Below, piece after piece: positions 22,501 to 34,640 of a DNA stretch of 64,000 nt (position 1 is its first letter; every line of letters starts with the position of its first letter). Origin of the DNA: Macrostomum lignano. Lineage: Eukaryota. The notes beneath the pieces are model-generated. The model had not been told where the DNA came from. It was given only the letters and a program-made list of their open reading frames with translations, and did not search any database. The position numbers and the translations under genes are program-made. The stretch spans positions 1 to 64,000 of the forward strand of contig NIVC01001770.1 of the NCBI GenBank assembly GCA_002269645.1, given 5' to 3'.

Positions 22501-24959
22501 CCGCAGCCTCCGCCGTTGCGAACGCCGCCGCCTCAGCAACAACAGCAGTTGCCTAGCAACCAAGCTACATCCAGTATTACCGATAATTCACCAGCGCAGG
22601 CGCCGAAATCGCAGGAGAAACCGAATTTCAGCCCGTCTGTTCACCAGCCTCTGCGGCGGAAACCTGTAAGGGTGGGGAGATTAGACCCTGCTGTTATTTT
22701 ACTACTCTTAGTAGGAGCTTTATTGAATATGACTTGGATGCTTTATATGTTTAAAAATTGATTCCGGAAACAAAGCAGGTTTTCGGTATGATTTCGGGCA
22801 GATGATGCTGAGTATATGATGGGACAGAAGATGCTGAGTAGATGATGGGACAGAAGATGCTGAGTAGATGATGGGACAGAAGATGCTGAGTAGATGATGG
22901 GACAGAAGATGCTGAGTAGATGATGGGACAGAAGATGCTGAGTAGATGATGGGACAGAAGATGCTGAGTAGATGATGGGACAGAAGATGCTGAGTAGATG
23001 ATGGGACAGAAGATGCTGAGTAGATGATGGGACAGAAGATGCTGAGTAGATGATGGGACAGAAGATGCTGAGTAGATGATGGGGCAGAAGATGCTGAGTA
23101 GATGATGCGGCAGAAGATGCTGAGTAGATGATGGGACAGAAGATGCTGAGTAGATGATGGGACAGAAGATGCTGAGTAGATGATGCGGCAGATAATGCTG
23201 AGTAGATGATGGGACAGAAGATGCTGAGTAAATAAGGTTGATGCCGACTACACGAACACCCTGCAGTACACAATGCACTAACTGCACTAATTTTCCTTCG
23301 CACATTCCGTTAGGTCGCTCCGCCTTCCCGGCCTCCGCCGCCCCGTACGTCGCCCGCCGCACCTCCCGCCTCCCCGCATTCGTCGGTGCCGTGGATGGGC
23401 GCCGGCCTGGTGCAACTGTTCGACACCTGCCCGCTGAAGATCAACTGCTGCGCCAGGTGGAATGGCAGCGGAGGCGCCGGCCAAGATGATGACTCGCTTC
23501 TTCTGCTAGGCGCTAACGAGGGCCTGTACTGCATGAGCCTCAGCCAGCTGCACGAGTCCGTCATGGTGCAGCTGCTGCCAATGCGCTGCATCTGGCTGGA
23601 TGTGTATCGCGATGTGGTGACCGCAGCCTGCGGCCGGCACCCCCGCCTGTACCGGTTGGACCTGCCGGCCTTGATCAGTCAGCAGCAGTCCAAGCAGCCT
23701 CGACTGCTGCTGGGCCGGGCCAGGTCAGCCGCGGTTGCCAAGGTGCCCAGCACCAAAGGCTGCATCCGGGCGGCTGCGCGCTGCCACCTGGCCACTGGGC
23801 AGCGCTGGCTGGTCTGCGCCCTGCCTGACTCCGTCGTGCTGCTCCGCTGGGATCCCGGCAAGCGGAGGTTCAATCCGTGCCGGCTGGTCCGGCCAGCTGA
23901 GATGCCGCAGCCGCTGCTCACGCTGGAACTGCTAACCCGGCCCGATAAGGAGCTGCCGTTCGCCTGCCTTGGCGCTATGGGCAGCAATTCTTTACTGGCT
24001 ACTGATAGCAGCAGCAGCAGTAGTATAGTGAGGTTTCACCTGCTAGAATTTGAACGAGCCGATTGTGATATACAGCTGCTGCCAGTGCCCGATCTGGGCT
24101 ACCGTCGAATTCATCCTGGTTATGGCCATCTAAACCTGGAGGAGCTCGGCCTGGTGCACCTTGAACAGCTGGGCTCTCGCAGCGTGCTGCTCTGCCACGG
24201 CCGTCTGGCCATTTTGCACCGTCTGGACACCGGCCGCGCATGCAGCTTCGGCGACTCCTCCGAGGCTGCTGACGGCCGTATCGAGTTTCCGTTTGTTGTT
24301 GAGGCCGCACAGCCGCTTGCCGACAGTCTGCTGGCTTTTCACTGTCACGGATTTCAGGTGCGGACCCTGCTCAGCACTACATTCTCAGATCGTATCTCAT
24401 TCTCAGATCCTATCTCATTTCTCAGATCCTATATCATTCTCAGATCCTATCTCATTCTCAGATCCTATATCATTCTCAGATCCCATCTCATTCTCAGATC
24501 CTATCTCTTTCTCAGATCCCATCTCATTCTCAGATCCTATTTCATTCTCAGATCCTATCTCATTCTCAGATCCTATCTCATTCTCAGATCCCATTTCATT
24601 CTCAGATTCTATATCATTCTCAGATCCTATCTCATACTCAGATCCTATCTCATTCTCAGCTCCCACCTTAATCTCCCCTTTCTTAAATCCCTTACGCAGC
24701 CTCCAATTTCCCAGATCCCACCCTAATCGCCCTCTTCCCAGATCCTATTTCTAGCCCGATTTCCTCAAATTTGCAGGCCCGAGCCTGGCAGACAGGCGAG
24801 GTGGTTCAAGACGTGACGGACCAGTCCCACGTGTACCGGTTCCTCGGCTTTGCCGGCCACAGCGCCGTGCTTGAGCGCCGGCCAGTGTCCGACCCCATGG
24901 CCAGCTGTGACATCGTCATGGTGATTGGGCACATTGCCGATGGGTCAGAGAGACTCTAG
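19595..24959 (+). CDS. MAP4K3: MAP4K (GCK-I/STE20 family; MAP4K3/MAP4K5/happyhour-like), kinase plus CNH domain, about 809 aa
   Basis: Exons 19595-19756, 19933-20081, 21032-21350, 21998-22230, 22326-22665, 23314-24357 and 24777-24959 total 2430 nt and are phase-compatible. Motifs: [61 protein letters not shown] start [19 protein letters not shown]-terminal [18 protein letters not shown]...VIGH. The symbol is family-level; the exact paralog cannot be assigned. AATAAA at 25838-25843. Confidence 0.93.
20145..20960. repeat. About 44-bp self-complementary minisatellite in MAP4K intron 2
   Basis: Unit cagaatctccccaataattgggatgagaaaatgtgcagatctca. Confidence 0.95.
21425..21970. repeat. 30-bp minisatellite (ctccctaaacctacccagagcggcagctga) in MAP4K intron 3
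   Basis: About 18 units. Confidence 0.95.
22797..23230. repeat. 26-bp minisatellite (agatgatgggacagaagatgctgagt) in MAP4K intron 5
   Basis: About 16 units. Confidence 0.95.
24380..24750. repeat. 18-bp minisatellite (ttctcagatcctatctca) in MAP4K intron 6
   Basis: Direct reading; it explains the in-frame extension of ORF 23386-24726 past the donor at 24358. Confidence 0.95.
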
Positions 24960-25134
24960 CTGTCTGCTTTCTTGGCTATTTCTTCGAATTCTACGAATCT
25001 GTTATTGGGATCATTTGGTAATTCTTAAGGACTAGGGATTTGGGATCGATAACTTCGCATGAGGATTTGGGATCATCAACTGACGTAGGGATTTCGAGTC
25101 TGACAAATTTAGGACCTGTGATGACGGAACTTTG

Positions 25135-25660
25135 AGATCTGACTAAGATTGGAATCTGTGACTAAGATTGGGATCTGTGACTAAGATTGGGATCTGTGAC
25201 TAAAATTGGGATCTGTGACTAAGATTGGAATCTGTGACTAAGATTGGGATCTGTGACTAAATTTGGGATCTGTGACTAAAATTGGGATCTGTGACTAAGA
25301 TTGGGATCTGTGACTAAGATTGGGATCTGTGACTAAAATTGGGATCTGTGACTAAGATTTGGGATCTCTGACTGAGATTTGGGATCTGTGACTAAGATTG
25401 GAATCTGTGACTAAGATTGGAATCTGTGACTAAGATTCGGATCTGTGACTAAGATTCGGATCTGTGACTAAGATTTGGGATCTCTGACTGAGATTTGGGA
25501 TCTGTGACTAAGATTTGGGATCTCTGACTGAGATTTGGGATCTGTGACTAAGATTTGGGATCTCTGACTGAGATTTGGGATCTGTGACTAAGATTGGGAT
25601 CTCTGACTGAGATTTGGGATCTGTGACTAAGATTTGGGATCTGTGACTTAGATTTGGGAT
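25135..25660. repeat. 19/20-bp minisatellite (gactaagatt(t)gggatctgt) in the putative MAP4K 3' UTR
   Basis: Direct reading; lies between the stop (24959) and AATAAA (25838). Confidence 0.95.
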
Positions 25661-26395
25661 CAATAATTGTAAGTGTGAATTTAAAGTTAGAAGATTGGAG
25701 TTGATTTAAAAAGATGTAATAACCGTTTTGCTCAATCATATTTTTGTAAGTTTATTATATTAGCAGTTTTAAAAGAGTACTTTTTCCTCTGTATAGCTTG
25801 CCATTACTATTCCACTACTTTCGTAGTTTCGTGTTTAATAAATATTCAGTACTTTAAATACGACACCTGAACCCGAGTTTATGACTGTTCTACGTCTCGT
25901 AATATTGTTTTAAAAGATCAGATTTAACGTTGGCTGCTAACTATTTTTTCATTATTTTGTCTACTATACTGTGTGCCTTTTATATTACTGTAAGTAGCAA
26001 ACTGTGCCTGGGTTACTCGCTTCATTTCAGTTCCTTTCCATAGACATTGCCTAGGATTTTTCTTGTTATTATTTTATTTCAATTGAATTTATTGTTATAA
26101 TTTTTACACCTGGTAAATTTTGAATGCATTCTCAGTAACCGACTGCTTGTTAAAAATTGTTTGTCTACTAGTTGTCTTGTTTCTTTTATCTTAGAGATAC
26201 TAGAATAACTAGCTATGTCCCTCGCTGAAAATACGCGCTCATCTACTCTTCAGTAGCAAAATTAGCGTTTTGCCTTTCTAATAGTAAAATACGAAAGTTT
26301 GTTAAATTTTACAATTTAAAGATTTTTAAATTTAAAAAAGTTTTTAAAGCTGCACCCAAATCCAGTGCGTGTCCATAGCGAGCGAGATAAAACAG

Positions 26396-26668
26396 GGGCC
26401 TGCTCCCTAGGCTGAGTTTCGTCCGTCTGACTTTGACCTCTCTCCTTACCGCTCTCTCATTGGCTGAGCTAGACTGGGCCTGCCCCTTCTAGGCTGAGTT
26501 TCGTCCGTCTGATTTTGACCTCTCTCCTTACCGCTCTCTCATTGGCTGAGCTAGATTGGGCCTGCTCCCTAGGCTGAGTTTCGTCTGTCTGACTTTGACC
26601 TCTCTCCTTACCGCTCTCTCATTGGCTGAGCTAGACTGGGCCTGCCCCTTCTAGGCTGAGTTTCGTCC
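26396..26668. repeat. 80-82-bp tandem repeat, about 3.3 copies
   Basis: gggcc unit starts at 26396, 26476, 26558 and 26638. Confidence 0.9.
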
Positions 26669-27231
26669 CCGGTCCATCTTACGTCCACCTGTGTACATCG
26701 AAGTTAAATCCTTGTTCATTATTAACCCCATATGCTCCTGAGGCCGCAAACCCCGAGAAAGGAAAGGAATTTCAACTGCCACGTTAATTTCAAGTGAACC
26801 TGCGCAGACAAACTACTGAAAAATGAGTAGGTGCTTTGCTTTTTCACGACATTAATTGCGAAGGACATGTCTACACGCAGTTATTCTAGAATCTGTAGTT
26901 TGTGCTTAAAAGAAATATTTTTCTTTTACTTACAGTGCCTGCACACTAGTTGTACTGAGTTGGTATTTTTATGCGGCAGAATTCAGTAGTTGCTCAGCTA
27001 GAGTTTGATGTTACTATTTTATTTATATTAATAATAATAAAAGTCGGTGACACTTTCAATTTGTTTATTCTAGTTTTAATGACTTAAATGACAACGAAAT
27101 GACGAGTTCGTCCTGAGGTTCTTGCGCAAGTTTTAAAAAAATGCTTTTATAACTTGAAACAAAGGCTATCTGTGCCTTTAGTCTCTTGTTCTCTTACAGC
27201 TTGATTATATCTATTGTAGTTTCTCATAAGC

Positions 27232-28110
27232 TATCTCATGGCTTCTCATAGTCACTCTCTCACGGCTTCTCATAGTCACTCTCTCACGGCTTCTCATAGT
27301 CACTCTCTCATGGCTTCTCATAGTCACTCATGGCTTCTCATAGTCACTCTCTCACGGCTTCTCATAGTCTCTCTCTCACGGCTTCTGATAGTCACTCTCT
27401 CATGGCTTCTCATAGTCACTCATGGCTTCTCATAGTCACTCTCACGGCTTCTCATAGTCACTCTCTCACGGCTTCTCATAGTCTCTCTCTCACGGCTTCT
27501 GATAGTCACTCTCTCACGGCTTCTCATAGTCACTCTCTCACGGCTTCTCATAGTCACTCTCTCACGGCTTCTCATAGTCACTCTCTCACGGCTTCTCATA
27601 GTCACTCTCTAATGGCTTCTCATAGTCACTCATGGCTTCTCACAGTCACTCTCACGGCTTCTCATAGTCACTCTCTCACGGCTTCTCATAGTCACTCTCT
27701 CATGGCTTCTCATAGTCACTCATGGCTTCTCATAGTCACTCTCACGGCTTCTCATAGTCACTCTCTCACGGCTTCTCATAGTCTCTCTCTCACGGCTTCT
27801 GATAGTCACTCTCTCACGGCTTCTCATAGTCACTCTCTAATGGCTTCTCACAGTCACTCTCACGGCTTCTCACAGTCCCTCTCACGGCTTCTCATAGTCA
27901 CTCTCTCACGGCTTCTCATAGTCTCTCTCATGGCTTCTCATAGTCTCTCTCATGGCTTCTCATAGTCTCTCTCACGGCTTCTCATAGTCTCTCTCATGAC
28001 TTCTCATAGTCTCTCTCACGGCTTCTCATAGTGTCTCACGGCTTTTCATAGTCTCTCATGGCCTCTCATAGTCTCTCACGGCTTCTCATAGTCTCTCTCA
28101 CGGCTTCTGA
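27232..28110. repeat. 22/24-bp minisatellite (ggcttctcatagtcactctctcac)
   Basis: Direct reading. Confidence 0.95.
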
Positions 28111-28994
28111 TACATAGTCCCTCTTTAAAATCCCTCTTAGAATTATTCACCGTATTTCTCATCATTTCTCATAGAGCCTCTCATAATCCTCGTCCGATCG
28201 AGTTGCTCACATGGAATCATAGAGTTTCTTCATAGTAACCGCGCAGTTCCCCAAACTCTTAGTCAGACTATTGACAGCTAGAGTTATAATCCCGCCTGCA
28301 GACTCCCATCTCCACTCCCATATAGGCTATTCATTTTGACTGGGAATTCGCTGAGAGCAAATTTAATTTGAGAGACAAAGTGGATTGATTGAGCGGTAGA
28401 TTGGGATTCTGGGGGAAAATGTGTGAGGCTGAGAATGTTGGCGGCAGCGAAAATGGGAACATTTCCTATGGGGGATTAATGCGAACAGCTGCGGTAAGGC
28501 CTTTTTCGAGCTGTAAATCCCTGTAATAGTTACAGCCTAGTAGGTGAGAGTTACTCAGTCGATAAGCCACACTAATCCATAATGTGATGCTAATGAGATG
28601 CTATAAGCAAGTCTTTAAAGTACATCCCAGTTCTCAGCTTTGTTTATTTAAGTGTCGCATGATGACGCATGTACTTTTTGAAATAATTTATTGCAATATA
28701 TTGATACGCGTATTTCGCAAATACTTTATTATAGAATATTTTAGAAAACCAGATAATATATCAGTGTTGTAGAATGATCAGCTGTATTTTACAGTTTACA
28801 TTTTTATAGAACGACATGCATTAAATGGGGCTTTACCATAGACATCTGGAATAGAATATAATCCTTCAAGAAATGAACTTCTGGAAAGATTGCTGAGAGC
28901 TGTAACCAGAGAAGCAGGAAAAAGAAAGAGAAGCAGGTGATCGCGCCACACAAAAGGATGGCAAAAAAAGGCGCCACCCCACCCCCCTCCCCCA

Positions 28995-29225
28995 AGTCAC
29001 TGAATCCCCCCCTAGTCGCTGAATCCGCCTCCCTAGTGCAGTAAAGCCCCGCGACCGCCACCAGTCCACTGAATCCGCCTCTTGCCCCTAGTCCACTCAA
29101 TCCGCCCCCGTAGTCCAGTCAATCCGCCCCCGTAGTCCACTGAATCTGCCCCCCCCCTAGTCCCTGAATCCGCCCCCCCCTCCTAGTCCACTGAATCTGC
29201 CTCCTAGTCCATTGAATGCGCGCCC
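28995..29225. repeat. About 22-bp minisatellite (tagtccactgaatccgccccc)
   Basis: About 9 diverged units. Confidence 0.85.
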
Positions 29226-29711
29226 CCTTCACAGGTTCACCTCTTCGCCTCTGTTCCTCACTTTAGCAATTCTATGACAACTACTTTGGCGCCATGGTCC
29301 TTTTTGGTGCCGGCGCCCCAATAAAAAATCCTGGCTAAGCATCTGACTGTAGCAAGGAAGCGAAACTGGACTGACCATTTCAAAAATCCATCAAACTCTG
29401 ATTTGAAAGCAGTTGTTTTTATTCAAGACTTATTTTATCGCTAGCTAACTGAAATTTAAAGCTGCATTGGGCCTAGCCATTAAGTTAATTGATTTATATA
29501 AAATAGAAGAGATACATGAGGTGCATAGGTGCGGGTACATAAGGAGGTTGCAGTCTCAAAAAATGCATCACGAACTCTGACTTCTGGTGGTGACTGCAGT
29601 GGATCGACAGAGAAAGTTAGTAGCGAGAAGGGCGCAACGCTTACTGATCGTGTGCTTTCACAGAAGACTGGTTTACTTGGGCAAAATGCACCAGGTTTAC
29701 CATAGACAAAA

Positions 29712-30048
29712 GGGGGACCGTAGCCCAGTGGTCTGGCGCGGCTCTCTGATGTGCCAGCGGCCCAGGCTCGATTCTAAGTGCAGTCACATTGGTTTAATTG
29801 CGTCTAAATTTGAATCTCTCGGCTTGGCTCTGCTCGTGCAATTAACACCCTTGAGGGCCAACCCCCAAGTCACAGTGAAGTGTACATGCCTAACCATGAA
29901 TAAAGTTAGGACCGCTGTACACGTACTCCTATGAGGTGTGTGCCTACTCAGGGGAGTCGGTGGAATGGGCAGTAATGTCTCTCGCCGGTTGTGCGACAAT
30001 GTCGCTTAAAGTGCGCCAGGGTGCACACAGCCCCCTGCCTCTAAAAAA
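29712..30048 (+). mobile_element. tRNA-derived SINE (family A), second copy
   Basis: Head ggggaccgtagcccagtggtc (A box) ... ggctcgattct (B box). The body ctgctcgtgcaattaac...gtgtacat...gacaatgtcgcttaaagtgcg is shared with 18750-19113 in the opposite orientation. Confidence 0.8.
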
Positions 30049-30176
30049 GGATTTAGGTGAGAACCTGAAGACTTCCTCAATAATGCATCTTTTAACGAAA
30101 ACCAGCCTCGTGTAAAACCGCAGGACCAGTCTAATATGCATGGATGGCTCGTAGATCAGCTACGCTCGTATTAAAG

Positions 30177-31303
30177 CAGGGGTCGGCAAACTCCGGCCCA
30201 CGGAACAAATTTCTCGGGTCCTTTGCAACTTCACAATAGCATCTTTTGTCCGCCTAAGGTTTGTGTCTCTTCTTAGCTCTCTCAGCCTTCTCTCCTCTCT
30301 TCTCTCCGCTCCCTTCTCTCCTCTCCCTTCTCTCCTCTCCCTTCTCTCCGCTCCGCTCCCTTCTCTCCGCTCCGCTCCCTTCTTTCCTCTCTCTTCTCTC
30401 CTCTCCCTCCTCTCCCCTCTTTCCGCTCCCTTCTCTCCGCTCCGCTCCCTTCTCTCCGCTCCGCTCCCTTCTCTCCGCTCCGCTCCCTTCTCTCCTCTCC
30501 CTTCTCTCCGCTCCCTTCACTCCTCTCCCTTCTTTCCGCTCCCTTCTCTCCGCTCCACTCCCTTCTCTCCTCTCCCTTCTCTCCTCTCCCTTCTCTCCTC
30601 TCCCTTCTCTCTTCTCCCTTCTCTCCTCTCCCTTCTCTCCTCTCCCTTCTCTCCGCTCCGCTCCCTTCTCTCCTCTCCCTTCTCTCCTCTCAGTTCTCTT
30701 CGCTCCCTTCTCTCCGCTCCCTTCTCTCCTCTCCCTTCTCTCCGCTCCGCTCCCTTCTCTCCTCTCCCTTCTCTCCTCTCCCTTCTCTCCTCTCCCTTCT
30801 CTCCTCTCCCTTCTCTCCTCTCCCTTCTCTCCTCTCCCTTCTCTCCTCTCCCTTCTCTCCTCTCCCTTCTCTCCTCTCCCTTCTCTCCTCTCCCTTCTCT
30901 CCTCTCCCTTCTCTCCTCTCCCTTCTCTCCTCTCCCTTCTCTCCTCTCCCTTCTCTCCTCTCCCTTCTCTCCGCTCCGCTCCCTTCTCTCCTCTCTCTTC
31001 TCTCCTCTCCCTCCTCTCCCCTCTTTCCGCTCCCTTCTCTCCGCTCCCTTCTCTCCCCTCCCTTCTCTCCTCTCCCTTCTCTCCGCTCCCTTCTCTCCTC
31101 TCCCTTCTCTCCCCTCCCTTCTCTCCTCTCCCTTCTCTCCGCTCCCTTCTCTCCTCTCCCTTCTCTCTTCCCCCTTCTCTTGTGCCTCTATTATCTCCCC
31201 TCTCCCATTTTCTCCTCTATTCCATCTTCTCTTTCCCTTCCTCATGCGCTAGATTAATAGATCTCCATCTGGCCCTCTGAGGTAAAAAGTTTGCCGACTC
31301 CTG
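30177..31303 (+). mobile_element. hAT/Charlie-type MITE with an expanded (ctctcctctccctt)n interior
   Basis: TIRs caggggtcggcaaact and agtttgccgactcctg. Flanks tattaaag/cattgaag match 6/8. It shares cttcacaatagca with the 12668 copy. Confidence 0.85.
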
Positions 31304-31316
31304 CATTGAAGTCACC

Positions 31317-31742
31317 TCAGCCAGCAGGCAGGTAGCACTCGCTTCCCGGCACCTGCGGCACCGCATGCTGAACCAACGCGGCATTGAGGCGGTAGGCATT
31401 CTCCTGGCTAATCCGCCGGCGCTCCTGCACCTCCGACAGGTAGCGCTCCGCCCGCCGGTCCGCCTTGGACGAAGCGTACCTGGTGCAGTAGGCCACCAGC
31501 ACTATGAACCCCACCAGGCCTACGCAGAAGAACACGATCACGAAGACGAATTCGCCGCCGCTGCCACCGATCCCTTCGCCGACAAGGTCAGTCTCGGACG
31601 GCGTCGGCGCTCTGTCGGCTGAATCTGCTGACTTCCTGTCGGTTGGCGCAGCTACGAGTTGCTGCCCGGTGCAGCATGCGATTGTCGACCAAACCAGCAG
31701 GTGACACAGTAGGCAGCGCGTCGGGGCCGGATACCGCTTCAT
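31317..31742 (-). CDS. Small type I single-pass membrane protein (141 aa), no recognisable family
   Basis: GC-rich ORF with coding-like codon use. It has an N-terminal signal-like segment (LLCHLLVWSTIACCTG), a TM segment FVFVIVFFCVGLVGFIVLVAYC and a basic juxtamembrane tail. A branch point (ctgac) and acceptor (ttcttcgcag) lie 24 nt upstream of the ATG. Confidence 0.7.
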   Translation of the reverse strand: MKRYPAPTRCLLCHLLVWSTIACCTGQQLVAAPTDRKSADSADRAPTPSETDLVGEGIGGSGGEFVFVIVFFCVGLVGFIVLVAYCTRYASSKADRRAERYLSEVQERRRISQENAYRLNAALVQHAVPQVPGSECYLPAG

Positions 31743-32049
31743 CAGAACTACCGGTGTCTGCTCTGCCTGCGAAGAAATTGCGTCAGATTATTTATTGAGA
31801 TCCTCGTTATTAGTTGGGTTTAATAGGGCCTGGAAATTACACACTTCTCCTTACCTATACAATCCATTAGAACAAGCATACATACAGGAAAAGACGCGTC
31901 CGTACGATATTAGGCACTTGTAAGAGAAATTAACAACTTCGTAGAAGAAAATCAAGCATGCGCCCCTTACAAAGAGTTAACGATACTTACAAAGATTCCA
32001 GAAAGATGAAGATTAAAAGACTTTTTAAAAAAGAATAAATGCCACTGGG

Positions 32050-32500
32050 AAGATTAAGTGCCAGGTGGAACGATTAAGCGCCACTTAGAAAGATTAAGCG
32101 CCATTTAGAAAACTTAAGCGTCACCTACAATGATTAAGCGCCACTTAAATAGATTAAGCGCCCGATATAATGATTAAGCGTCCCATAGAATGATTAAAGC
32201 GTCTCATAGAATGATTAAAGCGACCCATAGAATGATTAAAGCGTCTCATAGAATGATTAAGCGTCCCATAGAATGATTAAGCGTCCCATAGAATGATTAA
32301 AGCGTCTCATAGAATAATTAAAGCGTCCCATAGAATGATTAAAGCGTCCCATAGAATGATTAAAGCGTCCCATAGAATGATTAAAGCGTCCCATAGAATG
32401 ATTAAAGCGTCTCATAGAATGATTAAAGCGTCCCATAGAATGATTAAAGCGTCTCATAGAATGATTAAGCGTCCCATAGAATGATTAAAGCGTCGCCTAG
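32050..32500. repeat. 20/21-bp minisatellite (gattaaagcgtcccatagaat)
   Basis: Degenerate at the left edge and homogeneous to the right. Confidence 0.93.
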
Positions 32501-33024
32501 AATGATCAAGCACCCCTACTGATAAATGAGACACCCAAGTCATGGGGATTAGGCCCCCCAACTAGAATTATTAAAAATATTACAAATTACCAATCCGCTA
32601 ACCGGCTCTCTATAAGTGTTTGCTACTCTGGCTAAATTTGAGCCTACATTGGCGGGGTTATGCATTTGTACTAATCTGACTGTTGGTTCATGATGGCCCT
32701 TATTCATCAGAGCTATCGTTTGTGCCGCTAAGCCGCTAAGCATCGCGTGAGTATCAGTGTAAACCTAGGCTGAGCTCTAGTTAATCTCGATCACTCAGAA
32801 GGGGTGGGCGGGCAGTCAGCTCAATGTAGGAGGATTAAATGAGACAGTTATTGAGATGACGTACTTATAGGACAGAAAATCAGACATTTCACAGATAAAG
32901 AGAGGCATAGAGGAATTGACCTCTGCTATTAATCCATATGGTTTAATCTCTTTGTAGCTTTCGCATGGCATGGCTTAGGAAACAGGAGCTCTGAATGTAT
33001 TTCAAGAAGTAGAAGTTCGGGATT

Positions 33025-33432
33025 GCGGGTGAGACAAGAGAGCAGAGCGGGTTAGACAAGAGAGCAGAGCGGGTTAGACAAGAGAGCAGAGTGGGTTGGA
33101 CAAGAGAGTAGAGTGGGTTAGACAAGAGAGCAGAGTGGGTTAGACAAGAGAGCAGAGTGGGTTAGACAAGAGAGCAGAGTGGGTTAGACAAGAGAGCAGA
33201 GTGGGTTAGACAAGAGAGCAGAGTGGGTTAGACAAGAGAGCAGAGTGGGTTAGACAAGAGAGCAGAGCGGGTTAGACAAGAGAGCAGAGTGGGTTAGACA
33301 AGAGAGCAGATAGGGTGAGACAACAGGCAGGGCAGAGTGGATGAGACAACAGGGCAGAGCGGGTGAGACAAGAGGGCAGAGAGGGTGAGACAGGAAACCT
33401 GAGCGGGGAGACAAGAGGGCAGAGCGGTGGGG
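33025..33432. repeat. 22-bp minisatellite (gggttagacaagagagcagagt)
   Basis: Direct reading. Confidence 0.93.
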
Positions 33433-33453
33433 ACAGATGCTGTGCAAAAAACA

Positions 33454-34036
33454 TGTATTATTTAAAAATCAACACAACCCTTGCACTCGCGGAAAAGTTT
33501 TCCTCGTGCAGTTCTGAGCCTAAATAACAGCAAAATAAGTCTGGCACTCTATGGACCGCCGTTGCTTCCCACTTGGTAGAGAACTTCATCCCTAACAGCT
33601 CAGAAGCAGCAGTGGCAGCAACTCTGCCAGCCTGTTTATCCCTTAGACCCCATCCCCCCCCCACTGTTCGATCCTCAAACCCTTGAGTTGGCCCCACGGC
33701 CTGTCTCATGCTCGGTCTATCGGAAAAGGAAAGAAAAAAGGATATATAGAATAGATCGAGAGCAGCTCCGCATGGGGAAGAAATAAGGGGAGAGTGGGAG
33801 CTCGGGTATAAGAGCAACTTTGCAGTAACTATGGGGGGCGGGCCGTCCTGCGACCGGCACATTGGGAATGAGGAGATGTAGCCCAGCGGTCTTGGATTCT
33901 GTTATAGTAGGGACTGAGGCTTGAGACCCATCGCGATGCTTGGTTGAGCACTCGAGAGATTGGGGCCGCTTCATCAGGAGAGAGAGAGAGAGGCAGAGAT
34001 GCTTAGAGAGGGAGATGGAGAATCTATTCAACTACA
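33454..34036. mobile_element. Possible solo LTR
   Basis: Termini TGTA...TACA, flanks aaaca/aaata (4/5 match), 583 bp of unique sequence between two arrays. No second copy in the window. Confidence 0.35.
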
Positions 34037-34179
34037 AAATAAGACTATGAAGATTCTGGTCATCAATTGTATCGCTGTATACTTTTCCCGAAATTAACCC
34101 TAGCAGTCCTTGAAAAATGTGTATTTCATTTCTTTAGCTCCCCAACGGGGGGCGTAGATTGCTAGTCCAAACCTAGAAA

Positions 34180-34640
34180 GCCACAAATACATTCAGAAGG
34201 CCCACAACTACATTAAGAAGGGCACAAATACATTCAGAAAGCCACAAATACATTCAGAAAGCCACAAATACATTCAGAAAGCCGGAAATGCATTCGGAAA
34301 GCCACAAATACGTAAAAAAGTGATAAATACATTAAAAAGCCAAAACTACATTCAGAAAGCCAAAAAATAGATTAAGAAGTGCACAAATACCTTCAGAAAA
34401 CCACAAATACATTCAGAAAGCCACAAATACATTCAGAAAGCCACAAATACATTCAGAAAGCCACAAATACATTCAGAAAGCCACAAATACATTCAGAAGG
34501 CCCACAAATACATTCATAAAGCCACAAATGCATTCAGAAGGCCCACAAATACATTCAGAAAACCACAAATACATTCAGAAAGCCACAAATACATTCAGAA
34601 AGCCACAAATACATTTAGAAGACCCACAAATACATTCAAA
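34180..34640. repeat. 20-bp minisatellite (ccacaaatacattcagaaag)
   Basis: Direct reading. Confidence 0.93.

Noticed and set aside
26396-26668. Repeat containing GGACGAAAC on the minus strand (hammerhead-like 3' core)
   Set aside because: There is no upstream CTGANGA to complete the catalytic core.
30254-31280. Long L/S/P-rich and E/R/G-rich ORFs
   Set aside because: They are translations of the CT/GA expansion inside a hAT MITE.
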